A DNA stretch of 64,000 nucleotides from a virus, in the IMG/VR virus record IMGVR_UViG_3300027801_000011, positions 32,001 to 96,000 of that record; one strand, given 5' to 3'. Within the stretch, counting starts at the first letter, position 1. Every line of letters begins with the position of its first letter. The position numbers were made by a program, and so were the translations under genes. The notes under the pieces were generated by a model that was not told where the DNA came from, made no database searches, and saw only the letters and a list, made by a program, of their open reading frames with translations. Below, piece by piece: positions 1-8,579 of the stretch.

Positions 1-1
1 G

Positions 2-865
2 ATCAATTTAGATAATGCACAGAATAAGGCTATTGTTTTTGGTAATGGTGAATCTAGAAAGTGGTGTGAAGGCAACCAGCATAATTGGAAAGATATACCT
101 ACATGGGGTTGTAATGCTATCTATCGTGACTTCTGGGTAGACAACTTAGTGGCTGTAGACTATGCCATGCAACAGGAAATATACACTTCTGATCTACTAG
201 AAGAGCAACACGATTCTGATGATGTTGAGCAGGGGTCAATGAAGTTTCACTTTGCTAACTGGAATCCTATTCCTGCTGAGATTGCAGATATGATGTTCAT
301 GGGACAAGACGTTCCAGAGGAATTTATCCATAGGACTCCTAGAAGTGGCAACCACACAGAGCAGTGTGTAGTGTCTGGTAAGGAACCTAGTAAGATACAG
401 GAGAGCATCGAATCGATGATCAAGCAGTTCCCCGATCTTGATGAGTTAGACCTAATGCTCAAAATGGGGAAGGATGTGGGTGTTTGGATCACCTATCTAA
501 GAGACGTTGATTTTGTTAAATCAATAGACTTCCCTGTGGGGTGGTCTGCTGGTAATACAGCCCTACATCTTGCATGTCAAGAAGGGCCAAAAGAAGTATA
601 CATGTTGGGATTTGACTTGTCATCATATGACGAGCCTCTAAACAACATATATAAGGGGTCAGATAACTATCTGCCCAGTGATGCAAAAGGTTTTAACACA
701 ATCAATTGGTTTAACCAGATGCAAACAGTGTTCAGCGAGTTTAAGGATATTACCTTTAATTGGGTAGACCCTATTCATCGTGCTGGAGAGATATCTAATG
801 TTAATAATAATAACATAAGGTACTTGACAAAAGAAGAACTCTGTGGTATATTACATATACGATAA
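2..865 (+). CDS. DUF115/MAF_flag10-like (sialyltransferase-fold) protein, 5'-truncated by window edge
   Basis: Frame is open from nt 2 (..AIVFGNGESR..TWGCNAIYRD..); WSAGNTALHLA and VYMLGFD motifs; lies directly upstream of gp32. Confidence 0.6.
   Translation: MNLDNAQNKAIVFGNGESRKWCEGNQHNWKDIPTWGCNAIYRDFWVDNLVAVDYAMQQEIYTSDLLEEQHDSDDVEQGSMKFHFANWNPIPAEIADMMFMGQDVPEEFIHRTPRSGNHTEQCVVSGKEPSKIQESIESMIKQFPDLDELDLMLKMGKDVGVWITYLRDVDFVKSIDFPVGWSAGNTALHLACQEGPKEVYMLGFDLSSYDEPLNNIYKGSDNYLPSDAKGFNTINWFNQMQTVFSEFKDITFNWVDPIHRAGEISNVNNNNIRYLTKEELCGILHIR
824..852 (+). promoter_or_regulatory. sigma70-type promoter for gp32
   Basis: (C)TTGACA-N17-TATATT; AAGGAG SD before ATG 899. Confidence 0.75.
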
Positions 866-898
866 CAAAAAAGCATATATTTACATAAGGAGATACAT

Positions 899-1789
899 AT
901 GTCGTTAAGTACACTAAAGAAGTCCAATTCTTTGGACAAACTGCTCGGTGCAGTCCAAGCAGAGAACGCCCCCCAAGAGAAGAAATCCTACGTGGATGAT
1001 CGTATCTGGAAGCCAGTAATGGATAAGACAGGTAACGGTTATGCCGTAATTCGTTTTCTACCAGCAGTCGATGGTGAAGATATGCCATGGGCAAAGGTTT
1101 GGAACCATGCGTTTCAAGGCCCTACTGGTCAGTGGTATATTGAGAACTCTCTCACTACCATCAATCAGAACGATCCAGTATCAGAATTGAATTCTAATTT
1201 CTGGAACTCTGGAGTAGAATCTGATAAGGAAATCGCTCGTAAGCAGAAGCGTAAGTTGCAATACTTCGCTAATATCTTGGTAGTTCAAGATAAGGCTAAT
1301 CCTGCCAATGAAGGTAAAGTTATGCTTTATCGTTTTGGTAAGAAAATCTTTGATAAGTGCATGGAAGCAATGCAACCAGCATTTGAAGATGAGACTCCTA
1401 TGAATCCTTTTGATTTCTGGGAAGGTGCAGACTTCAAGTTGAAGTTACGTAAGGTTGAAGGTTATTGGAACTATGATAAGTCAGAGTTCGCTGATCCATC
1501 ACCTGTCTTTGATAATGATGAAGAGATTGAAGCACTGTGGAAGAAGCAGTATCCGCTTTCGGAGTTTACTTCTGCTTCCAACTTCAAGTCTTATGATGAG
1601 TTGAAGACTCGTATGGAGACAGTCTTGTCTGGAACTACTAGTGTTAGTAAGGCTGCTGAGATGATGGTTGCAGAACCATCTACTACAGTTACAGTTGATA
1701 CTGTTGCTGTTCCTGCTCCGTCTGTGTCTGCTTCATCTGATGATGAGGACACTATGTCCTACTTTGAAAAACTTGCAGATAAGGGGTAA
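899..1789 (+). CDS. gp32: T4-like single-stranded DNA-binding protein
   Basis: DKTGNGYAVIRFLPA, WYIENSLTT, FGKKIFDK, NPFDFWEGADFKLK, acidic tail ..MSYFEKLA. Confidence 0.97.
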   Translation: MSLSTLKKSNSLDKLLGAVQAENAPQEKKSYVDDRIWKPVMDKTGNGYAVIRFLPAVDGEDMPWAKVWNHAFQGPTGQWYIENSLTTINQNDPVSELNSNFWNSGVESDKEIARKQKRKLQYFANILVVQDKANPANEGKVMLYRFGKKIFDKCMEAMQPAFEDETPMNPFDFWEGADFKLKLRKVEGYWNYDKSEFADPSPVFDNDEEIEALWKKQYPLSEFTSASNFKSYDELKTRMETVLSGTTSVSKAAEMMVAEPSTTVTVDTVAVPAPSVSASSDDEDTMSYFEKLADKG

Positions 1790-1796
1790 TCTGATA

Positions 1797-2294
1797 ATGC
1801 AAAACTATTTAGCATCGGCAATTGTCGTAGTTACTTTAGTGTCTCCAGCCATAAGTCTGGCTGGAGATAAAACTCTAACTGTTCCTGTGCCCAAGACCAT
1901 CACACTAGTTTGTTCTGATGATGTTGAGCAGGGGTCAGTTGTACTTACCAATCCACCTAAGTTTAGTTGTAAAGATTATGAAACTATTCAAGGAGTTGTT
2001 GGTTTGGGTATTACTATTGGGCCTGATTCTAAGGCGTTGGAAATCTCTCAAGCAATTAAAGATGCTAAGAAAGAACCAACCTTCGTAGCCAAACGTAATG
2101 TAATGCCTCCACTAACTGCTACTAAGGAGTTTGATATTGATCGTAGGGAGAGTAATCCTATTGTTCAACAGAAACGGTTGGAATTGGTTAGAGCTAACCG
2201 CCTAGAGTATTGGCGTGCTTGGGATCAGAACAACGGTACTTATACAGATAAGTTCGCTGGTATCAAGAGGAATCGGTCATTTTTCAATGACTGA
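1797..2294 (+). CDS. hypothetical exported protein
   Basis: ATG 1797 just after gp32 stop; signal-peptide-like MQNYLASAIVVVTLVSPAISLA. Confidence 0.7.
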   Translation: MQNYLASAIVVVTLVSPAISLAGDKTLTVPVPKTITLVCSDDVEQGSVVLTNPPKFSCKDYETIQGVVGLGITIGPDSKALEISQAIKDAKKEPTFVAKRNVMPPLTATKEFDIDRRESNPIVQQKRLELVRANRLEYWRAWDQNNGTYTDKFAGIKRNRSFFND

Positions 2295-2361
2295 TGGTAA
2301 GGCGAAACGTCTCCCTGTCGCTGAATAGGATTCGGGCTAAAAAGATCGCTGTAAAGAAGAG

Positions 2362-2387
2362 CCCCTCATGGAAACATGGGGGGTTTT
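2362..2387 (+). terminator. intrinsic terminator between convergent operons
   Basis: CCCCTCATG-GAAA-CATGGGGGG followed by TTTT. Confidence 0.75.
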
Positions 2388-2940
2388 ACTTAGCTACGTA
2401 CCACAAGTAACCCCAAATTAGGGCAACAACACCTATAACTATAATAGTACCACCAATGTTGTTTATCAGTTTAAGTAACTTCTGACGCTTCTTCTCTCGT
2501 TCCTCTTCGAATTTGAGTTTAGCAATCTTACGTCTCTCTTTATTCTCTTCTAATCTTTCATCTCTAAGGTCTAGTATCTCATTCCATGTATTGAAACCAA
2601 AGCGCTTGTTTATCATACGTGCCATCTGTGCTATAGATTCTTCTATCTGCTTCTTCTGAATAACTTCGGCAGTAATATCTGACATGGATTCTCCAGGCGT
2701 TTGACCATCATCTTTCCATTTTTTAGATAGGAAAGACTTCCACTGAGGATCGCCTTTATGGAGTTTATGTTCATTCTCTATATTGTATTGTGCTTGAAAT
2801 ACTTGATCTACATAACCAGCGACTTCTGAGGGGTCTTTACAATTAGAGATCATCCCCTTCACACCGGCGACTGCTGCTTTAGATAACGCAAGTGCGTCCA
2901 CACACATCTTTAGACCTAGAGCTACTTCTACTATGGCCAT
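2386..2940 (-). CDS. hypothetical coiled-coil protein with C-terminal TM helix
   Basis: 184 aa ORF, AGGA SD, hydrophobic C-terminus. Confidence 0.75.
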   Translation of the reverse strand: MAIVEVALGLKMCVDALALSKAAVAGVKGMISNCKDPSEVAGYVDQVFQAQYNIENEHKLHKGDPQWKSFLSKKWKDDGQTPGESMSDITAEVIQKKQIEESIAQMARMINKRFGFNTWNEILDLRDERLEENKERRKIAKLKFEEEREKKRQKLLKLINNIGGTIIVIGVVALIWGYLWYVAK

Positions 2941-2983
2941 ATGGGATTTCCTTTTCCTCTATGTCTATAGCAACCCCAATTTA

Positions 2984-5191
2984 TCAGCCCTGGCTGAATC
3001 TAGCATGTCCTTGCGCTGTAACTTGTACCTGAGTTTTTTTGTTTATAACGGTGTTGCTAGTGTTAAATTGACCACCACCACCACTTGCTGCACCTAGCAT
3101 CGCCACGGTAAGAGCGTCTATAGATTTTGTTAATTTCTCATTCCAAAGCGAATCACCAGTACTTGCACCATCACTTGGTGCTTCCACGGCGGGTGGAGCA
3201 CCAGGCATCGTTGTTTCCATACCAAGAGATGCTCTCAAGGTAGCTACATTTTTTGATGCCTCAGTGAACTTAATTTCTGGACTTGCTAAACCTTTAAGTT
3301 TTGATCCAGAACTAAACCAACCTTTACCTACCGTACCACCCATAATTGCTACTTCTAGGGCGGGGATAGATTTCATTAAATCTCCTGTAAATCTAGATAT
3401 TGACATTCTTGTCGTACCAAGACTACCTAATTTTGCGAACTCTTGTAATGCTTGTACATTCTTCTTGACCTTTAAAGGATCAATGTCTTTTTTAGCAAAT
3501 GTCTCTAGGTCGGTCATAGGGTCACGATCTTTTGTGAATATACTACCTATACCTGTCATGAGATTACCAATCATATCTCCAAATGTGGTTGGGATTTTAA
3601 GTCCAGTTAAACCACTCATTGCTGTAACATATGCTTTAATACCTTCTCCATTCGATTTGATTTTTACTACCTCTGCGTCTGTCACAGTTGTTTTAGCAAA
3701 CATCTTTAAATCATCTAGTGGGCTCTTAACCTTACCACCAAACATTTTTGTCAATCCATCAAATGCTCCACCAAGCATATTAAATACTGAACCTAATGCT
3801 TTACCACCACTACCAGCAGCGCCGGCTGCCATGGCACCAGCAAATGCAACCATCGCTTCAGCATTGGCCTTTATCTTAACTACATCGATACCTGTAGCTG
3901 CACTTAATTTCTGCATACCCAATATTTGGGCATCTAATACACCCTTACCACCAATTGCTTTACTAACTCCATCCATAATCTCAGAAACTGTATTGCCCGC
4001 ACTAGCAATGGCCTTTCCAACACTACCAACAGCGCCGGCTGCCATGGCACCAGAAAATGCAAGAGCAGCACCAGCAAAGATCAGAATCTTATCTTTGGAA
4101 ATACCTTGCGCTGCACTGATCTTTTGCATACCCGATATTTGGGCATCTAATACACCCTTACCACCAACTGCTTTACTAACGCCGTCTAGTACTGAACTAA
4201 CTGTATTAGCAAGTGCCGCAACAGCTTTCATACCCATCGCAGCAGCGCCGAGTGCCATTGCTTTAAGATATTCCATCATTGCTTCGGCGTTGTTTATAAC
4301 ACCCTCTTTGTTTACAACTGCAAGACCAAATTTTTGCATTGCTTCTAACGGTGGTACTCCACCTATAAGTTTACCAAGTCCACCAATAGCTCCAGATGCA
4401 AGAGTACCAACAGCAGCAAGGGTAGTTCCACCAGCACCCAGCGCCATGGCGCCACCGTATGCAACCATTGCTTCAGCGTTACTTTTAATGTTTTTAGCGT
4501 CCAGTTTAACCGCACCAAACTTCTCCATCTTTTTGAATAAAGTATCTTCCGATGCCTCAACACCAAATAATTTACCAATACCATCAGCGGCAGCACCAAT
4601 CAGATTACCAACTGCTCCCATTGCTCCACCAAAACCTTGGGCGCCTAGGCCAAGACCCATAGCACCCATACCGATACCAACTTCTTCAAGTTTCTTACCA
4701 TCTAAGACTTCAAACCCCTTCATTCCTGCTATAATAGTAGGGAAGGCCTTGGTGTATAGGGCCATACCAAGAACAAGTGGCGCCATAAATGCGGCGATAC
4801 CAACACCTAAACCACCCATGACCAAAATGAATGGGCCAATAGAAGCGACACCAGCAGCCATGCCAGTCATAAATCCACTTACTAGTCTACCTATTCCAGA
4901 ACCAATACCACCTACTGCTTTAGCAATAGATGCGAATATTCCACCAGACTTTTTATCACCAGAGGATTCTGAACCGGCGTCTGGGATTGATCCCATAGCT
5001 GCAGCAATGGTTGAAAGGTATGCGTTATTCTCTTTCGCCATCTGGTTGCCTTCACGCTTCTCTTCAGCGGAGGCAGAACCCTTACTTTTAGTTGACCTTG
5101 CTAATATCATAGCAGCTTTGTCTAATTTAGTTGCAGTATTAGCTAATTTGTCTATGGTGTCACTAAATTTTTTAGTATTGTCATCAGCCAT
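2984..5191 (-). CDS. tape-measure-like protein (gp29 position)
   Basis: 735 aa Ala/Gly-rich helical protein with ~71-aa repeats (GGKGVLDAQI twice) and a hydrophobic segment; downstream of gp26/gp51. Confidence 0.65.
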   Translation of the reverse strand: MADDNTKKFSDTIDKLANTATKLDKAAMILARSTKSKGSASAEEKREGNQMAKENNAYLSTIAAAMGSIPDAGSESSGDKKSGGIFASIAKAVGGIGSGIGRLVSGFMTGMAAGVASIGPFILVMGGLGVGIAAFMAPLVLGMALYTKAFPTIIAGMKGFEVLDGKKLEEVGIGMGAMGLGLGAQGFGGAMGAVGNLIGAAADGIGKLFGVEASEDTLFKKMEKFGAVKLDAKNIKSNAEAMVAYGGAMALGAGGTTLAAVGTLASGAIGGLGKLIGGVPPLEAMQKFGLAVVNKEGVINNAEAMMEYLKAMALGAAAMGMKAVAALANTVSSVLDGVSKAVGGKGVLDAQISGMQKISAAQGISKDKILIFAGAALAFSGAMAAGAVGSVGKAIASAGNTVSEIMDGVSKAIGGKGVLDAQILGMQKLSAATGIDVVKIKANAEAMVAFAGAMAAGAAGSGGKALGSVFNMLGGAFDGLTKMFGGKVKSPLDDLKMFAKTTVTDAEVVKIKSNGEGIKAYVTAMSGLTGLKIPTTFGDMIGNLMTGIGSIFTKDRDPMTDLETFAKKDIDPLKVKKNVQALQEFAKLGSLGTTRMSISRFTGDLMKSIPALEVAIMGGTVGKGWFSSGSKLKGLASPEIKFTEASKNVATLRASLGMETTMPGAPPAVEAPSDGASTGDSLWNEKLTKSIDALTVAMLGAASGGGGQFNTSNTVINKKTQVQVTAQGHARFSQG
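3912..4183. repeat. internal ~59-bp near-identical direct repeat, 213-bp period
   Basis: TGCATACCC(A/G)ATATTTGGGCATCTAATACACCCTTACCACCAA(T/C)TGCTTTACTAAC at 3912 and 4125. Confidence 0.85.
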
Positions 5192-5487
5192 TATTTGCTA
5201 TCCTTCTTTCCACCAGAACCAACATAAAGACCAAACCATGCGGCTCCTGCTCCTACAATGACACTTACAAATGCACTTTGAGGAGCAGTAGGTTCTGGGA
5301 TTGCCATGAACCATTCTGTAGTACGCCAGAACATGATACCATATAGAGTAATCAATGCCCTGGGCCAAATACGCCATTTGTCGATAACGGAAGAACTGAT
5401 ATGATTATACCATGAGGTTTCTTCTACTTCAGTAGTGCTACGATCCACTTCAACAATTGTGATAGGATCAGATTTTCTACTTGCCAT
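5191..5487 (-). CDS. small two-TM membrane protein
   Basis: KWRIWPRALITLYGIMFW and SAFVSVIVGAGAAWFGLYV hydrophobic segments. Confidence 0.75.
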   Translation of the reverse strand: MASRKSDPITIVEVDRSTTEVEETSWYNHISSSVIDKWRIWPRALITLYGIMFWRTTEWFMAIPEPTAPQSAFVSVIVGAGAAWFGLYVGSGGKKDSK

Positions 5488-5884
5488 TTTCTATCTCCGT
5501 TATGCGACTATCGTTGTTCTTTATCTGTACATTGTTATTTAGGGGAGTTCGGTCAAAAATTATCTTTTCTAATTTAAGAAAATCGATACGTTCATTCGGC
5601 ACATAACGCCATACATAATCCCCATCTAATTCACCACCTTTTTTAGTTACCCCAAATACGGTCTGTGATATACCTATCTTAACGATTAAGGCACGTTCTC
5701 CATCAATAAGAACATGATCACCCTCTTGAAACTGCTTATTCATGCTAAATGCAAGACCCTTGCTAAACTTAGTCGCAAAATCCTTTATCATAAACCCTAT
5801 GATGACGATCATTATCATACCAATGTATGGCAATAGGTATTGAGTCATCTCAATAGCAGCTGTGTTGGGTGTAGGTATTTCCAT
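5477..5884 (-). CDS. minimal MscS-like protein (one TM plus beta-domain)
   Basis: TM helix then FQEGDHVLIDGERALIVKIGISQT..YVPN, resembling the MscS beta-domain. Confidence 0.55.
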   Translation of the reverse strand: MEIPTPNTAAIEMTQYLLPYIGMIMIVIIGFMIKDFATKFSKGLAFSMNKQFQEGDHVLIDGERALIVKIGISQTVFGVTKKGGELDGDYVWRYVPNERIDFLKLEKIIFDRTPLNNNVQIKNNDSRITEIENGK

Positions 5885-6058
5885 TTAATTTCTCATCTTT
5901 CTTTCTTCAGCCGAAATTTTATCTCTTTCCTCTTTCAAATATTGCATTAACAGTCCTAAGTATATTTCCCTCTCCCATGGCATCATATCTTCTAATTCTG
6001 TTAGACTGTAATTGTGGTGTTGCATCATTGCAAAATTAGTTTTATAATAGTTCTCCAT
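5885..6058 (-). CDS. gp51: gp51-like baseplate hub assembly catalyst (not in ORF track)
   Basis: Manual translation MENYYKTNFAMMQHHNYSLTELEDMMPWEREIYLGLLMQYLKEE..; MMPWEREIY motif; stop abuts next ATG. Confidence 0.85.
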   Translation of the reverse strand: MENYYKTNFAMMQHHNYSLTELEDMMPWEREIYLGLLMQYLKEERDKISAEERKMRN

Positions 6059-6075
6059 ATTCTCATGTGAGAGGG

Positions 6076-6780
6076 CTATTCGAAAAAACTTTGCAGGCCC
6101 TCCACTACAATCTCATTCTTCTTCTTAGTCACGGGGTTGGTCACATTGATAATATGCCTTAGTTTTGGCATAGTCTCAAAGAAAGCACTAACCTTAGCGA
6201 ATTGATCTTGACTCATACTGTCGATGAAATCATCCAACTCTTTGTCTGTCATGTCTACCCTATTGTGAATAGAGGCACCATCGTGGATTTCACTAACACA
6301 TCGTTTGATCATATCGAAGATCATCTTGATCTGTCCACCGCCATCAAATAAGGCCATATCAGACAACATAGGATAACGCATGTGTATACTAATCTCATCA
6401 TTAATTTCAATGACATGACTATGATCCAAATCCATTTGAATCTTAACGTCTGTTAGATCGACTTCTTGTTCTACTCTAGTTACCTTATCATCATCGCACA
6501 GCAGACTTAGTTTAAGTTTCTCTCCTACTGATTTGCCTCGTAGTTGTAGAAAGATATATTCCACATCAAATAGAGGCACCTCGTAGGGATCAATCTTACC
6601 AAACGTGCAATCCCGTACAATAGATGCAAATGCACTTTCTACCTGTTTAGTGTCTTCAGACTCTTGGGCAATCATAAGAACCTTTTGTTCCTTTACAAGC
6701 CAAGGCCTGTACTTAATTTTCTTAGTGGTAGAAGGTAACTCCAACTCATATGTTAACGTACTCAGTTTAGGTAAAGCCAT
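6076..6780 (-). CDS. gp26: baseplate hub assembly chaperone
   Basis: MALPKL..YELELPST..KYRPWLVKEQKVL, LRGKSVGE, FFETMPKL, EGLQSFF. Confidence 0.9.
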   Translation of the reverse strand: MALPKLSTLTYELELPSTTKKIKYRPWLVKEQKVLMIAQESEDTKQVESAFASIVRDCTFGKIDPYEVPLFDVEYIFLQLRGKSVGEKLKLSLLCDDDKVTRVEQEVDLTDVKIQMDLDHSHVIEINDEISIHMRYPMLSDMALFDGGGQIKMIFDMIKRCVSEIHDGASIHNRVDMTDKELDDFIDSMSQDQFAKVSAFFETMPKLRHIINVTNPVTKKKNEIVVEGLQSFFE

Positions 6781-6807
6781 AATTTTTCATCCTTTAAAAT
6801 AATATGA

Positions 6808-7530
6808 TTAACGAAGACCGTTTCGCAATACAGCGGGTAAGGCCCTTGATATGTTTCTTTCGACTGTATTGATTACAGTCTGTCCAATTTTATCCATCAA
6901 ACTTGGTGGTTCTTGATTAAGGTCGGCGGTAGTCCAGTATCTAAAATTCATGTTCATTGTGAATTCTACGATTTGATTTCCACTCCCATACGACAAGGAC
7001 ACAGGGCCCACAGTCTTAGGGAAACACTCCCACAACTTCAGTCCATAACGTCTTTGCATCTGGTTGTCTAAAAGGTAGATGAACACAGTGCCGACATAAT
7101 CATTATAATAACCCATGTTCCATGTTTGTGGGTTATATGCTGCGTACTGCCATTTCTCAAATAAGACTCGTTCTGACAGGTCAGAACTACTCTGGAAATT
7201 GATAGAAATACCATCATCAAATATAACATTGTCTGCCACTTGTCGTTGCGGCCCATGTATGTTGGTGTCTGGGGATGTCGCTAAAGTTCTGCCAGGCAAT
7301 GTAATACTAGATGCTCGTAAGGATATGTTTGAGATATCCTGTTTGCTTACTCCCTGTACTAATCCCCTCATGGCATTTTCTGAAGTACCAGATGATGAAC
7401 CAGCGGGTGGGAAAATTTCTACTTCATAATGGTTGGGTGTAGCGTATCCTTCATTAGAATGAAACGATGACAGGATGTTATTCAATATCCCATAAGCGCC
7501 GCCTTCTAGAAACTTAGGTAATACAGACAT
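6808..7530 (-). CDS. gp54: tail-tube-fold protein, baseplate tail tube initiator (gp54-like)
   Basis: SITLPGRTL, FEKWQ, YYNDYVG, ECFPKTVGPVSLS, FRYW; synteny between gp2 and gp26. Confidence 0.7.
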   Translation of the reverse strand: MSVLPKFLEGGAYGILNNILSSFHSNEGYATPNHYEVEIFPPAGSSSGTSENAMRGLVQGVSKQDISNISLRASSITLPGRTLATSPDTNIHGPQRQVADNVIFDDGISINFQSSSDLSERVLFEKWQYAAYNPQTWNMGYYNDYVGTVFIYLLDNQMQRRYGLKLWECFPKTVGPVSLSYGSGNQIVEFTMNMNFRYWTTADLNQEPPSLMDKIGQTVINTVERNISRALPAVLRNGLR

Positions 7531-8087
7531 TAGATCATTCCCCTAGAGTCTTTCCATACAACAGACTCACTGCTCTTCTTGAATCTCTGTACGGGCAACA
7601 GTGTGGCCACAGTAAATTCATCAGCATCTATTCTACGGAATTGTGTTTTAACGTGACCAGCCAAATATCTCTTTAAGGTTGGCTTAATTTCTCTTATGTT
7701 TTTAAGGGCACTGTAGTCCACATCTAATTTCGTTGACTCATCAAATTTGGTGTTATTACTAAAGTCCACCAACTTATCCAACAACCTCATCCTCAAACCT
7801 AACGGCAGATAATGTAGATTACACCCTAGAAACCCATCCTTATACAGTTCAATAGGTAGAACTAGGGGGAATGAATCATAGTAAGGTAACGTCTTCTTAT
7901 GCTTTGGATCATAGATAAACATATTAAGTCTACCGAAGAATGGGGCGCTTGCCCTTTTACCGTCTCTAATTAAGTCCATAGCGCCTGGTTGCCCAAACTC
8001 TTTGATCTTGTCTTTGTACCAATTGGTTGAACGTGGTCTTCCACCTTGTGCCTTTAGTACTGATTGTATATATTTGCTCTGTGCCAT
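7530..8087 (-). CDS. gp2: DNA end protector protein
   Basis: YDPKHKKTLPYYDSFPLV, GFLGCNLHYLP, KRYLAGHV, VWKDSR. Confidence 0.92.
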   Translation of the reverse strand: MAQSKYIQSVLKAQGGRPRSTNWYKDKIKEFGQPGAMDLIRDGKRASAPFFGRLNMFIYDPKHKKTLPYYDSFPLVLPIELYKDGFLGCNLHYLPLGLRMRLLDKLVDFSNNTKFDESTKLDVDYSALKNIREIKPTLKRYLAGHVKTQFRRIDADEFTVATLLPVQRFKKSSESVVWKDSRGMI

Positions 8088-8091
8088 ACCT

Positions 8092-8535
8092 CTATTTATA
8101 CGATATGCCCAGATGATCCTCGTTTAGTATTTTAAACTCAATACCATTGATGTCACAAAATTCTGTAGCATACTTCCATTTTGCTTCATTAACAGCCCAC
8201 GTTTTGATGTCTCTATAGAATCTATTGGTCTTCCTTTGTGGTATCTTGGGTGGAGAGCATTGGGCCTTGGGTTTGATCTCTACAATAGACTTCTCTATTT
8301 TACCATCTGCCCTTTTCACTTTAATATAAAAATCTGGGAAGTATCTGTGGATTCTACCATCGACAGGTGATAAATAGGGGATGATGATCTCTTCACTACC
8401 CCATTCTAGTACTGCCTTGTTAGTGTCGCAGTACACCATGAACTTACGTTCCCATAGAGAGCGGTATACAATACGAGATAGATCACCCCGATATTTTCTT
8501 GGATTGATTGGTATATATTTCCCTTTGTATGCCAT
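8092..8535 (-). CDS. gp4: head completion nuclease (TnsA-like)
   Basis: MAYKGKY.P.NP.KY.GD, YRSLWERKFM, WGSEE, HRYFPDF, EIKP. Confidence 0.95.
   Translation of the reverse strand: MAYKGKYIPINPRKYRGDLSRIVYRSLWERKFMVYCDTNKAVLEWGSEEIIIPYLSPVDGRIHRYFPDFYIKVKRADGKIEKSIVEIKPKAQCSPPKIPQRKTNRFYRDIKTWAVNEAKWKYATEFCDINGIEFKILNEDHLGISYK
8093..8100 (-). promoter_or_regulatory. T4 late promoter for gp2
   Basis: TATAAATA on minus strand overlapping the end of gp4. Confidence 0.7.
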
Positions 8536-8545
8536 GACTAAGTTA

Positions 8546-8578
8546 CCTAAATAGTTGTGTATTATAAGGATATTTATA
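8546..8578. promoter_or_regulatory. crossed divergent late promoters for gp4 and gp48
   Basis: CCTAAATA (+, 8546) and TATAAATA (-, 8578-8571). Confidence 0.65.
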
Positions 8579-8579
8579 A

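Noticed and set aside
1668-1796. Upstream extension of ORF 1668-2294
   Set aside because: Overlaps the gp32 3' end out of frame; ATG 1797 gives a clean signal peptide
2288-2312. Hammerhead ribozyme (CTGATG..GAAAC)
   Set aside because: Core reads CUGAUGG not CUGANGA; no proper stem II or cleavage-site helices
3264-5261. 665-aa plus-strand ORF antisense to the tape-measure-like gene
   Set aside because: Mirror of Ala/Gly/Met codon usage giving a Pro/Ala/Ile shadow; no SD, promoter or motif
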